This document shows, piece after piece, positions 30,297 to 39,143 of a DNA stretch of 64,000 bases; the first letter of the stretch is position 1, and every line of letters starts with the position of its first letter. The notes beneath the pieces are model-generated. The model ran no database searches and was not told the DNA's origin. It saw only the letters and a program-made list of their open reading frames with translations. The position numbers were made by a program, and so were the translations under genes. Origin of the DNA: Pirellulales bacterium (GTDB lineage Bacteria > Planctomycetota > Planctomycetia > Pirellulales > JAICIG01); contig DASZTS010000072.1 of assembly GCA_035547915.1 (NCBI GenBank), positions 72,023 to 136,022 of the forward strand. The letters run 5' to 3'.

Positions 30297-31145
30297 TCAC
30301 GGCTCGACGGCCTCCTCGACCGGCGAGAGGAACAGCCAGTAGCCGCGCGTCGCGCCGTGGTTCACCGCATTTGCGCGCTCGCATTTCCAAACTTCCTGCC
30401 CGTCGAGCTCGACGTGGGCTTCCGCGTGGCTGGAACGCACGAGCGCATAGTGCCAGCGGGCCTCTTTGAGCGAGGGGCCGATCGCCTCGATCAATAACAC
30501 CGTCTCCGGGTTGGTGCCGTGCGCAATGACGAACGCGGCGCCGTCCTGGATGTTCGCCGTCGGATCGCTGTAACGGAGCACCGGCCGCACGAGCACGCGC
30601 AGTTCGAAACGGGAATTGTCGGGATCCCAGAATTCGTGAGCCGCGAACCGGCGAGAAAGATCCTTGATCTGCCGCAGCCGCGAGGTCGGCCTTTCGTCGG
30701 GAGTTGGCGCGTCGGGTATCGCGCGCGGTTCGACCGGTGTCGGTGGCGGCTGCCAGAGCCCCACTTCGGGAATGATGAGCTTGACGCGCTGCGCGGTCGT
30801 CAGCGTCGCCGATTGCACCCAGGTCGCCGCTTCGGGGGAGCCGCGGAACAACTCCAAGAAAGCCACCGGTCGCCCCGTTTTGCCCCAGGCCCAAAACGTC
30901 CCGTCGCTGTTGATGCGCGCCGGATCGGCGTACGACAGCAAGGGCCGTTCGACCGGATCGATCCGCTGGCCGTCGGCGTTGCGCAATTCCAATCGCTGCA
31001 TGTGCTCGAGTGCCGCCCGCAAGGCCGACTTGTCCTGGGCGGGCGGTTGCTCGGTATCGTCTTGGGCTCGCACGGGCAGCCCGGACAGGATGGCGCAGGC
31101 CGCCAGCACCGGCGCGAACGGACCGAACCGATCGACTCTCATCAC
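30297..31145 (-). CDS. Unrecognised secreted protein family, member 1 of 5
   Basis: Signal-like FGPFAPVLAACAILSGLPVRAQ, with GGAG upstream of the GTG/ATG at 31145/31142. Shared family motifs: RLRQIKDLSRRF, FELRVLVRPVLRYSDP, DGAAFVIAHGTNPETVLLIEA and RWHYALVR..DGQEVW. Confidence 0.8.
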   Translation of the reverse strand: MMRVDRFGPFAPVLAACAILSGLPVRAQDDTEQPPAQDKSALRAALEHMQRLELRNADGQRIDPVERPLLSYADPARINSDGTFWAWGKTGRPVAFLELFRGSPEAATWVQSATLTTAQRVKLIIPEVGLWQPPPTPVEPRAIPDAPTPDERPTSRLRQIKDLSRRFAAHEFWDPDNSRFELRVLVRPVLRYSDPTANIQDGAAFVIAHGTNPETVLLIEAIGPSLKEARWHYALVRSSHAEAHVELDGQEVWKCERANAVNHGATRGYWLFLSPVEEAVEP

Positions 31146-31169
31146 CTTCTCCTCTCGTACTCTTTAGCG

Positions 31170-33764
31170 TCAGGCCAGGCCCAAGCCGCGCCGCCAACAC
31201 CATTCGAGCGTGAGCAACCCGAGCAGCAGGCCGAGCACCCAGGCGTTGCTCCAGAGCGGCACGCGGCGGACGATCGGCGGGCCGACGTCGGCCGGCACCT
31301 CATTGAGCAATTGCGCCAGATCGTCGGCCGAGCGCAGCACCCGGCCCCCCGAACCGGTCGCCAACCGGGCCAGCAGTTCGTGGTTGGGGAAGGGGTTCTG
31401 CTGCTCGAACGGATCGTGCAATACCTGGATGTCGAGCGAGGTGCTGTCGATCTGCGTCAGGTCTTCGTAGGCCGTCAGCTCCACACGCAACGACTGACTC
31501 GAGGTGCCACTGGAGAGCACGTCGGCCAACGGCAACTGGATGGCGTGGTTCATGGCGTTCGCGCCGCCCAAGGGGAGATCGAATTCCTCGCCCCACACGA
31601 TGAACGGTTCTTCCTCGCCGCTGGTGCGCGGCATACCGCTCGGCCAGCGCAAGGGCGATGTATCGGGTTCGATCTCTCCGGGCCCGACATGCGGTTCGAC
31701 CATCGCGGCGACGCGATAGTTCTTGGTTGGCGCCGCGCTTTCGTCGTAGGTCGCCGCGGCGATGGCAATCGTTTCGCCGGGCCGGTAGAAACGTTTGTCG
31801 GCCGAGGCCACCAGCCGACGCCGGCCGATGGCCGAATTCTCCGTCAGCCAATAGACCAGGTTGCGGCAGAACTTGGCATAGTAGCGATTGTCTCCCTGCC
31901 CCCAACGCTGCACCAGATCGTCGGCGAAGGGGGACGTGATCGGAAAGGCCAGTGCGGCGGTGCGACCGCGGCCGTAACGGCCCACGACGATGGCCGGCAC
32001 GGCGCCGGCCGATTGGGCCGGTTCCACAGCAACCGCCCGCGGAGCCTCGGAAACCAACCCCCGCAACACGCCCGACAGTCCATTCGGCGTCTCGCGGCGA
32101 GCCACTGGCGCGGCCGAGACGGTCGCCGTGGCCAACACCGTGGCCAGATTGGCCCGGGCTCCTGACCAGCGATTGAGGCCGCTCACGGCCGGGATCGTGG
32201 CCACGACCTGGCGGTTCTGCTTGGCGTCGGCCAACAGGGTCCAGACCGGGTGCGGCGTGGCCGGCAAGTCTACTTCCAGCCGCATGCTCTCGCCCGGCGA
32301 CCAGTCGAGCGCGCCGGAAGCGAGTTCGACGGGGAGCATCGGGCCGATGCGGCTCTCGCTCCAGCCGCCCGAGGCAAAGCTATTCTCGCCGCCGATCATG
32401 CACAGGCCGCCGCCTCGCTGCCCGATCCAGGGCTCGATCCAGTCCATCTGCTGATCGGTGAACGACTCGGCGGCAACGTTGCTGAGCACGATGGCGTCGT
32501 AGGCCGCGAGTTCGGCCACCGTGGAGGGGAAGCCATGGGCATTGTTGAGATCGCCTTGCTCGGAGATGCGCATCAGCCCGCCCAGGCCGTTCGGCCTGAC
32601 GAGCACCACACACTCGATGTCTTCGTCTTCGGTCAGCGCCTGCTTGAAATCGGTGAACGGACCGCGGAGCTGCACGCGCTGGTTGACGAACGTCTGAGTC
32701 AGCGGCTGCGGGCTGCCTTCGACATACAACACGCGAATCTTGGTGCGGTCGATCGCCATTTCGGTATCGACCTGGTTGTTGCGGTCGGAGATCTCGTTGG
32801 CCAGCGGCGGGATGACGACGCGCAGCTTCCGCGTCGAAAGATCGGTGCGGAAGGAGAGGCTCACCGATTGAAAACCGGATTGCAACGTGATCGGCAGGCT
32901 GGCCAGTTGCCGGTCGGCTCGTCCGCGGTCGCCGAGTTCCAAGAGTTGCACCTCGCTCCGCTTGCCGTCGAAGCCGAAGCTACGCAAGAACACCTGCACT
33001 TCGACTTCGGTGAACTTGCGGGCTCGCTGCGGGGCGACGACCGCCGCCACCGCCACGTCGCCACCCTTGCTGACGTCGCCCACGGGCACGACGTGGATGG
33101 GCGTCTTCAAGCGGGCGAACTCGGCGGCCAATTGATCGACGCCGACCTCGTCGTGCGATCGGCCGTCGGAAAAGACCACGATGCCCAGCGGGGGCACGCG
33201 CCCGAAGCGGCTCGAGATCTGTCGCAGGGCCGACAAGAGACGAGTATCGCCATCGGTGGGAGACGGTGGCGCGGGCTGGTCTGAGTCCTCCGCCGGGTCT
33301 GCTCCCTGAGCATTCAGTTCCGGCAGGTTCTGGATCGCGGCCAGCCGCTGACCGAAGCGAAACGGTTTGGGTACCGCCGGCGACGACTCGGCCAGCCGGC
33401 GCGCGGCGGCGATCATCTCCAACGATTCGTCCCAGCGGCGCAGCGGGCTTCCCATTTGCATGCTGGCCGACGTATCGAGCAGGTAAAAGATCTCCGGCCG
33501 CTCCACCGGACCCCGCAGTTCGTCGACGCGGACTGGATTGAGGAGCACGACCGCGACGACCAGCAAGATCGCTCCGCGCAACGTCCACAAGCTCCAGCGC
33601 TGCGACACGGCATTGGCCGGGCCGAGCAGCTTTCGCAGCAAGAGCACGACCAAGGGCGCTCCGACTGCCACGCCTACCAAGGCACTGGCTGACAACGGCA
33701 GGTCGAATTCGGTGAACGATGCGGCGAAGACCATGTAATCGGGCCCCAATCCACGGATCAGCAC
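31170..33764 (-). CDS. Membrane vWA-like / class-I-amidotransferase-like (Bat-type) protein
   Basis: N-terminal TMs are followed by IFYLLDTSASMQ (DxSxS MIDAS-like) and GIVVFSDGRSHD. A later IRVLYVEGSP..YDAIVLSNV..GGGLCMIGGENSF region and a C-terminal TM (WVLGLLLGLLTLEWCW) follow. The start is GTG 33764 or ATG 33734. Confidence 0.8.
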   Translation of the reverse strand: MLIRGLGPDYMVFAASFTEFDLPLSASALVGVAVGAPLVVLLLRKLLGPANAVSQRWSLWTLRGAILLVVAVVLLNPVRVDELRGPVERPEIFYLLDTSASMQMGSPLRRWDESLEMIAAARRLAESSPAVPKPFRFGQRLAAIQNLPELNAQGADPAEDSDQPAPPSPTDGDTRLLSALRQISSRFGRVPPLGIVVFSDGRSHDEVGVDQLAAEFARLKTPIHVVPVGDVSKGGDVAVAAVVAPQRARKFTEVEVQVFLRSFGFDGKRSEVQLLELGDRGRADRQLASLPITLQSGFQSVSLSFRTDLSTRKLRVVIPPLANEISDRNNQVDTEMAIDRTKIRVLYVEGSPQPLTQTFVNQRVQLRGPFTDFKQALTEDEDIECVVLVRPNGLGGLMRISEQGDLNNAHGFPSTVAELAAYDAIVLSNVAAESFTDQQMDWIEPWIGQRGGGLCMIGGENSFASGGWSESRIGPMLPVELASGALDWSPGESMRLEVDLPATPHPVWTLLADAKQNRQVVATIPAVSGLNRWSGARANLATVLATATVSAAPVARRETPNGLSGVLRGLVSEAPRAVAVEPAQSAGAVPAIVVGRYGRGRTAALAFPITSPFADDLVQRWGQGDNRYYAKFCRNLVYWLTENSAIGRRRLVASADKRFYRPGETIAIAAATYDESAAPTKNYRVAAMVEPHVGPGEIEPDTSPLRWPSGMPRTSGEEEPFIVWGEEFDLPLGGANAMNHAIQLPLADVLSSGTSSQSLRVELTAYEDLTQIDSTSLDIQVLHDPFEQQNPFPNHELLARLATGSGGRVLRSADDLAQLLNEVPADVGPPIVRRVPLWSNAWVLGLLLGLLTLEWCWRRGLGLA

Positions 33765-33921
33765 GCGACGAACGGCTCAGGCTGACGTCGTTCGCACAGC
33801 CATTGTTAGCACGCCCTGCGCCGGCGAGTGTGAGCAATGGCGACGCTCGCATCCTCTCCGGCGGTCGGCTGTGAGCGGCCAAAGCCGCACCGCATGCGCA
33901 GCCGGTCGACCGGTTTTGGCG

Positions 33922-33949
33922 ATTTTAGACAATATGTCTGAAATGTCAA
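33922..33949 (-). promoter_or_regulatory. Sigma-70-like promoter with embedded inverted repeat (copy P1)
   Basis: The minus strand reads TTGACA-tttc-AGACA-tat-TGTCT-AAAAT. This gives -35 TTGACA, 16-nt spacing and -10 TAAAAT, with the IR AGACA-N3-TGTCT between them. It lies ~160-190 nt upstream of the 33764/33734 start. Confidence 0.55.
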
Positions 33950-34356
33950 GCGACGCAGGACGTAGCCGCATTGGGCTGCCCGCCAAAGGCGATGACGAGG
34001 GCGATCTTAGAGACGCGCGGGAGCCGCCTTGTGTTTTCGCGCCGGGCCAGTCAGTTCGCACCAACCGCCCGTCACCGTGGCGTGACGGATGGCCTGGTCT
34101 TCCGACGCCTTCGGCGTGAGTGAGCAACAGTACGAGAGATAGGGTGCCGACACAACGATCGTTGCGACGAGCCACATGCGGGCCTCGTCGAGGATTTCGC
34201 CCATGCAAACCGTCCGTTACTCGTGTTACGCCCGCCTGATACGAAGCGCACGAGCAACACCGCCGCACGCACGCGCCCTCCGGCGCGATTCTTCGCCCCC
34301 CGGCCCACTAGCCTCGTGGAGAGGTTATTGTCCTACGGGGCTGCTTAGTCTTAGAG

Positions 34357-34452
34357 CGACCGATAAAACCAGATCGCCCTCCGAAAAAATCGGCGTTTCA
34401 CGGCCGATTTTTCGCCTACGGCGCTCCGACTTCCGAGTGTTGTCAGCCGCTC
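34357..34452 (+). repeat. Intergenic ~95-bp repeat, copy B, with a palindromic A5-stem-T5 hairpin
   Basis: gaccgataaaaccagatcgccctccgaaaaaatcggcgtttcacggccgatttttcgcctacggcgctccgacttccgagtgttgtcagccgctc. The core hairpin AAAAATCGGC-gtttcacg-GCCGATTTTT (34385-34412) resembles a terminator in both orientations. Confidence 0.7.
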
Positions 34453-34571
34453 TTACCAGACTGACATAACGACTGCCAGTAGACAATGCCTGCCGCGCGC
34501 TCCTAACCAACTTGTCATCTGGCAAGAGTTTGCGCCGACCGTGGCGGTCATCTGGCTGGCTTGCCGCTCTG

Positions 34572-34626
34572 GGGGCGAGGAATCGCCCCTTTCCGTCCGC
34601 GAGGTGCCGCTTTAGCGCGGCGGCAC
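34572..34626 (-). terminator. Two consecutive GC-rich hairpins just downstream of the family member 2 stop
   Basis: GTGCCGC-N9-GCGGCAC (34604-34626) and GGGGCGA-ggaa-TCGCCCC (34572-34589) begin 10 nt after the TAG at 34636-34638 on the minus strand. There is no clear U-tract. Confidence 0.35.
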
Positions 34627-34635
34627 TTCGCTCGC

Positions 34636-35511
34636 CTACGGCGTCGGCACGTCCGCTTCCTTCTTCGCCGGAATCGAGCGGGCGAAAGCGGTGGTGTAGA
34701 TGCCCGTGGCGAGCTTACCGGCCGGCTCTTGGTGCGGCTCGGCGTGCCAAACCTCGCGATCTTCGTGCTTCAGCCAGACCTCGCGGTTGGTGAAGAGTAC
34801 GGGTGCATAATGCCAAGCCGGCTCGCGACCGTCGCGGCGGCACTCGAGCAGCAAGATGAGTTCCGGGTCGGTTCCCTTGGTCCAAACGTAGCAAAAGAGC
34901 GCGCCGTCCAGCACGTCCCCGTCTTCCTTGCCAAAACGGATCAGGGGCTGCGGCAGCAGACGCAACTCCCAGCGGCCGTCGGCTTCCATCTGCGCCGTAA
35001 AACTTCGCGCGATCTTGCGCATCTGCACCAATCGGCCGCTCGCACTGCCCGCCGGCGGCGGTACGTCGGCCAGCAGCTCACGTTCGAGCTTCGTGGCGGG
35101 CTCCCAACGGCGGCCGTCCTGTACGTCTGCCCCCGCGATCGGCTTGTCGGACAGCAGGTGGAACTCGTGGTACACGTACCGCAACGAATCGAAGGGCCCC
35201 GATAGGATGCAACCGATCACGGCGGGCGTCTCGCCATCCGACCAGACAAAGACATCGCCCGACCAATCGTCGTCGTTCGTCCAACGCATAATCGGCTTCT
35301 TCGCCAGCTTGAGCGGCGTGCCGTCTGCCCGCGAGAAGTGGCACTTCTCGGCATCCTCGCGGTAGGCCTCTCGCAGATAATCGGCCGTGCGCGGCGGCGC
35401 CGGTTCGGCGGCGCGCGTAATAGCAGCGAAGGTCAGTAGGCAAACGACGATTGCTACGCGCCGCAGGATTTTGCATCCCACTTTCAAGCAGGACATTCCA
35501 ATATCCGACAT
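34636..35511 (-). CDS. Unrecognised secreted protein family, member 2 of 5
   Basis: The ATG overlaps the upstream stop by 1 nt (TGATG). Signal-like ILRRVAIVVCLLTFAAITRAAEP. Family motifs: PIMRWTNDDDWSGDVFVW, YHEFHLLSD, RLVQMRKIARSF, WELRLLPQPLIRF, DGALFCYVWTKGTDPELILLLEC and AWHYAPV..DREVWH. Confidence 0.85.
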   Translation of the reverse strand: MSDIGMSCLKVGCKILRRVAIVVCLLTFAAITRAAEPAPPRTADYLREAYREDAEKCHFSRADGTPLKLAKKPIMRWTNDDDWSGDVFVWSDGETPAVIGCILSGPFDSLRYVYHEFHLLSDKPIAGADVQDGRRWEPATKLERELLADVPPPAGSASGRLVQMRKIARSFTAQMEADGRWELRLLPQPLIRFGKEDGDVLDGALFCYVWTKGTDPELILLLECRRDGREPAWHYAPVLFTNREVWLKHEDREVWHAEPHQEPAGKLATGIYTTAFARSIPAKKEADVPTP

Positions 35512-38500
35512 CAGTTTGCCGGCCCCGATTTCTCCGACCGCTCGGTGGCCAGTACCCGGTAGTACCGGTCTACGAGTTCCTGGTACTGAGGCGGGATCGG
35601 CTCATCGCCGCCCGCGCTCAAATCGCCCAGCATCAATTCCTGCATCCGTGCCCGCAGCGACGCCGACAGCCGCGTGATCAGGGTGCGATACCGGGAAGGC
35701 GCCACATAGTATCCGCCGGGTGTCCGTTCCCACGTCCATGAACCGCGGCGCGTGGGCGACCAGCCGTTTTTCCGCATTTCTTCAATAAAGTCCTTGCGCA
35801 AGTCATCATCAACGCCCACCTCATCGATGCGTTCCAATAGGGTGTCGGCATCGACGTGCCAACCGGTGACGAGCGGATCGGTGTCGAGTTCGTCCAGCCG
35901 GTCATCCAGGCCGGCAAGATCTTTTTCGAGATTGGCCAACTGGTCGACTTGGGGGGCGACGATCGCACGGCGTAGCGCGCCCAATTGCTCGGCGGCCGCC
36001 TCCATCCGCTCGGCGCCGTCGCCGACCGCCGTCTTGGCATCCGCGAGTTTCCCATCGCGCACTTGATCGGGCAGCGCGGCCAACCGCTCCGCCAACGCTT
36101 TCAGGGCCAGTTTCTGCACGAGTTCTTCGACCTTCTTGGCCGAGGCCTGGTCCTCTGGGTCGTCTGCTTTCGCCGCCGCGGCGAGCACGTCGGACAGCGT
36201 TTTCGCCTTGTCGGCAATGCGCTCGGCCGCGCTGCCGAGACCGCCGCTGCCGGAGCCCGACGGATCGGCCGATTGATCTCGGCCGGTGCCTGGCGCCGGT
36301 GGCCGGTCGGGTTGTGGTTCGCCGTCGCCACCGGCTTCTCCCGCGTTGGCGAGTCGGTCGCGGAAATCCTGTTGCTGTTGGGCCAGGTCGGCGGCCATCT
36401 GTTGGGCGGCCGCGATACGGTCGGCCTGCTCCTTGGCCAGCAGCGCCGCCACCTGCTCGACCAACTCGCGGAACGTTTTCTGGGCATCGCCGGCCGGCCG
36501 TTTGGCGTCGTCGGGCTTGCCCTGGCCGAGCGCTTCGGCCGCTTCTTCCGCCGCCTTCGCCGCCGCCGCCATCCGCTCCTTGGCCAGGTCGGTGGCGTTC
36601 TTCAGCTTCGCCAGGGCCTTCTCGAGTTCGCGCGCTTCGATAGCGATATCGAGTTGGCGGTCTTCCAGCTCTTGTTTGGCGTGCTCACCGGCCATGCGCT
36701 CGTTGCCGGCATCTTCGTCTCGCCCAGGCTTGTCTGCCGGATTCTCCCCGGAGCCCGCGCCATCGGGTTTCGATTCATCCGGCTTCGCTTCGTTCGGCTT
36801 TCCGGTCTTGTCCTCGGGCGATGGGGAATCGCCGGGCGCCGTCGGATCGGCGCTTGCGGCCTGCCGCTGTGAACTAGGATCGTCGGATGAGCCCGTGTTT
36901 TCTGGCGAGTCGGCCGCCTCGCTGCCGCCCAGCGAAGCGTAGACCAACTCTTCCTGGTCGGCCAATTCCTCCAGCCGCTCGACGATCTGCCGCGCTTCTT
37001 CTTCGTCGGTCTTCGGCCGGCGCAGTTTTTGGCGTTGCAGCCGATCGAACGCTCGCAGTTCGGCCAACTGGGCGCGATTGGGATTCTTCAAGATGGCGAC
37101 GCGGATGCGGTCGCGACCTTCGATCAGGTCCTTCAGCGCGTCGCGCATCTGCAAGGTGGCCGTGTCGTATTTGCCGGCTGAGAGCGAGTCCGTGGCCGAC
37201 AACATGGCCGCCTCGGCCTGATAGAGCAATTCGGTTTCGTCGACGCCGCGGGCTTCGAGGCCTTCGGCCAGTTCGCGCGTGGACTTCGCCAACTCGGCCT
37301 CGAACTTCGTGAGTGCATCGACCGCCGCCAGGTCGGCCTGCCCGGTATGTTCGAACGTCCGCGAGAGGCGGATGCCCCGGTTCAACGCATACCGTTGGCG
37401 CGCGATCAACTCCTCAAGCGTCTTTAGCTGGGGACCCTGATTCATGCCCGCGGCCGCATCGGGATCGAGGAGTCGATATTGCCGCTTGAAAGGACGGATA
37501 TCGATGAAGCGCAAGTCGGTCTCGCTGCGTTGGGGCGCATTGGGGCGAATATCTTCGGCGAAGGCGTAATACATGACGCTGTCTTGTTGCGTCAGGGCGA
37601 AGTGCTCGAGCGGGAGCACCTTTTCGAGCGTCGTGCGCGTCTGCGGCGAGAGCGTGCCCGTCTCCTGCAACTCCTGCGCGGCCGCCGCGAAATCTTCGGC
37701 CAGCAGCGGATACTCTTCCTCGTTGTTGACCTCGAACATGATTCCGGCCCGCGACAACCCAAAATCGTCGCTGGCGCGGACCTTCATCAGTATCTCGGCC
37801 AACGTGTGGACTTCGAGTGCCTCGGCCGGGCTTTCGAACCAGACCTGCGGTGCCTCGTCTTGACGGGCACGCAGCCGGTGCTTGTTGTCGGCCAACTCCA
37901 TACCATCGGACGACGACGCCACGACGGAGAACGTCTTGTCGCTGGTGACTTCGAACTCCGTGGAGAGCTCCTTGCCATCGATGGCGAGCGTCAGGCGTTC
38001 TGCCGGCAACGCTTCGCCGCGCCGCCGGTTCATCTCTTCCATTTCCAGATAGGCGCTCGCCGGTTGTTGATCGAGCTCGACCGAGAGCTTGACGTGCGAC
38101 CCGACGAGTGCGGTGAGATCGCCGTCCTCGACGACCGATTCGCTCAGGCCCGTATAGGCCGGCGGTTGAATGACGGCCCGCATCTTGGCGATCTTCAGCG
38201 GATAGCGCACCCGCACGTGATAGATGTCGCTGGCGGCCGAACCGGCAGCGACGCGATAGGCGAACGGATGTCGCAGACGGGCAAGCGGCACATGGAAGGC
38301 CAGACGCCGCAAGCCGGCATCCTCGCCCGACGATGCGGGTAGGATCTCTTCCCGCCATTCGCTCGCTTCCTCGTCCAGCCGGCGGGTGGCGAAAGAAACC
38401 GTGTCGCCGATGCGGCCTTCGACCACCACCTCGACATCCAGCGATTCGCCTTCCTTGACCGCCGTGTCGCCGGGCGTGACCGTCAACCGCGTGTAGGGTT

Positions 38501-39062
38501 CGTCCCCGAGCAGCGCCCGTTGCGCGGCGATCCGCCATTGCCAATCGAAGGCCGAAGCGCCGGCCAGCACCAGGCCCACTCCGGCTGCAAGCAGCGAGGC
38601 CAGGGCCAGTGATTTCCAGGGCACGACCGCGTCGAGCGGCAGTGGCTGCGCGCGGCGGACGGTATCGTCCTCCAACGCGGTCACGAGCGAGCCGGCCGCG
38701 CCGGACGCTTCGATCTGTCCCTCCGACAATTCACCGAATTGCACCGTCGTGCGAATACGCTGCCCCAGTTGCGGGAAGACTCGCTCGATGGCGCTGGCCG
38801 TGGCGTTGCGTTGCCAACGGCGCAGAGCACGGGCGGCCAAGTAGACCGCCACGCCGAGCGCGCCGACAACAATCCCTAGCGCGGCCAGGGCTCGGTAGGT
38901 AAGGCTCAACTCGCAGGCGTAGTCGACCGCGGCCAACGCGGCGATGCCGGCCAGCACGGTCAACAGAGCCCAGCACGATGCCTGCCAGAATTGCACGCGC
39001 CGCGCCTGCCGCCAGATTTGGTCGAATCGACGAATGAAGCCGGACGTTCTTACGGTCGACAT
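35511..39062 (-). CDS. DUF4175-like large membrane / coiled-coil protein of the Bat-like module
   Basis: ORF 35511..39128 starts with TTG. The ATG at 39062 is preceded by GGAG 7 nt upstream and gives MSTVRTSGFIRRFDQIWRQARRVQFWQASCWALLTVLAGIAALAAV (2 TM). A beta-rich middle is followed by acidic/Lys-rich disordered and coiled-coil regions. The C-terminal motif is PIPPQYQELVDRYYRVLA. Confidence 0.75.
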   Translation of the reverse strand: MSTVRTSGFIRRFDQIWRQARRVQFWQASCWALLTVLAGIAALAAVDYACELSLTYRALAALGIVVGALGVAVYLAARALRRWQRNATASAIERVFPQLGQRIRTTVQFGELSEGQIEASGAAGSLVTALEDDTVRRAQPLPLDAVVPWKSLALASLLAAGVGLVLAGASAFDWQWRIAAQRALLGDEPYTRLTVTPGDTAVKEGESLDVEVVVEGRIGDTVSFATRRLDEEASEWREEILPASSGEDAGLRRLAFHVPLARLRHPFAYRVAAGSAASDIYHVRVRYPLKIAKMRAVIQPPAYTGLSESVVEDGDLTALVGSHVKLSVELDQQPASAYLEMEEMNRRRGEALPAERLTLAIDGKELSTEFEVTSDKTFSVVASSSDGMELADNKHRLRARQDEAPQVWFESPAEALEVHTLAEILMKVRASDDFGLSRAGIMFEVNNEEEYPLLAEDFAAAAQELQETGTLSPQTRTTLEKVLPLEHFALTQQDSVMYYAFAEDIRPNAPQRSETDLRFIDIRPFKRQYRLLDPDAAAGMNQGPQLKTLEELIARQRYALNRGIRLSRTFEHTGQADLAAVDALTKFEAELAKSTRELAEGLEARGVDETELLYQAEAAMLSATDSLSAGKYDTATLQMRDALKDLIEGRDRIRVAILKNPNRAQLAELRAFDRLQRQKLRRPKTDEEEARQIVERLEELADQEELVYASLGGSEAADSPENTGSSDDPSSQRQAASADPTAPGDSPSPEDKTGKPNEAKPDESKPDGAGSGENPADKPGRDEDAGNERMAGEHAKQELEDRQLDIAIEARELEKALAKLKNATDLAKERMAAAAKAAEEAAEALGQGKPDDAKRPAGDAQKTFRELVEQVAALLAKEQADRIAAAQQMAADLAQQQQDFRDRLANAGEAGGDGEPQPDRPPAPGTGRDQSADPSGSGSGGLGSAAERIADKAKTLSDVLAAAAKADDPEDQASAKKVEELVQKLALKALAERLAALPDQVRDGKLADAKTAVGDGAERMEAAAEQLGALRRAIVAPQVDQLANLEKDLAGLDDRLDELDTDPLVTGWHVDADTLLERIDEVGVDDDLRKDFIEEMRKNGWSPTRRGSWTWERTPGGYYVAPSRYRTLITRLSASLRARMQELMLGDLSAGGDEPIPPQYQELVDRYYRVLATERSEKSGPAN

Positions 39063-39143
39063 GACGGGCTCCGGACGTGTTAGGGATGATTCATGACGTT
39101 GGATTTGCCAGGGCACGGCCCTGTGCAATGAATAGAAATTCTC

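Noticed and set aside
34007-34204. 65-codon minus-strand ORF in the 870-nt gap
   Set aside because: It is not annotated as a feature. G/C-rich third positions are expected in any frame at this GC content, there is no convincing SD, and there is no recognisable motif. It is kept only as a note within the gap finding.
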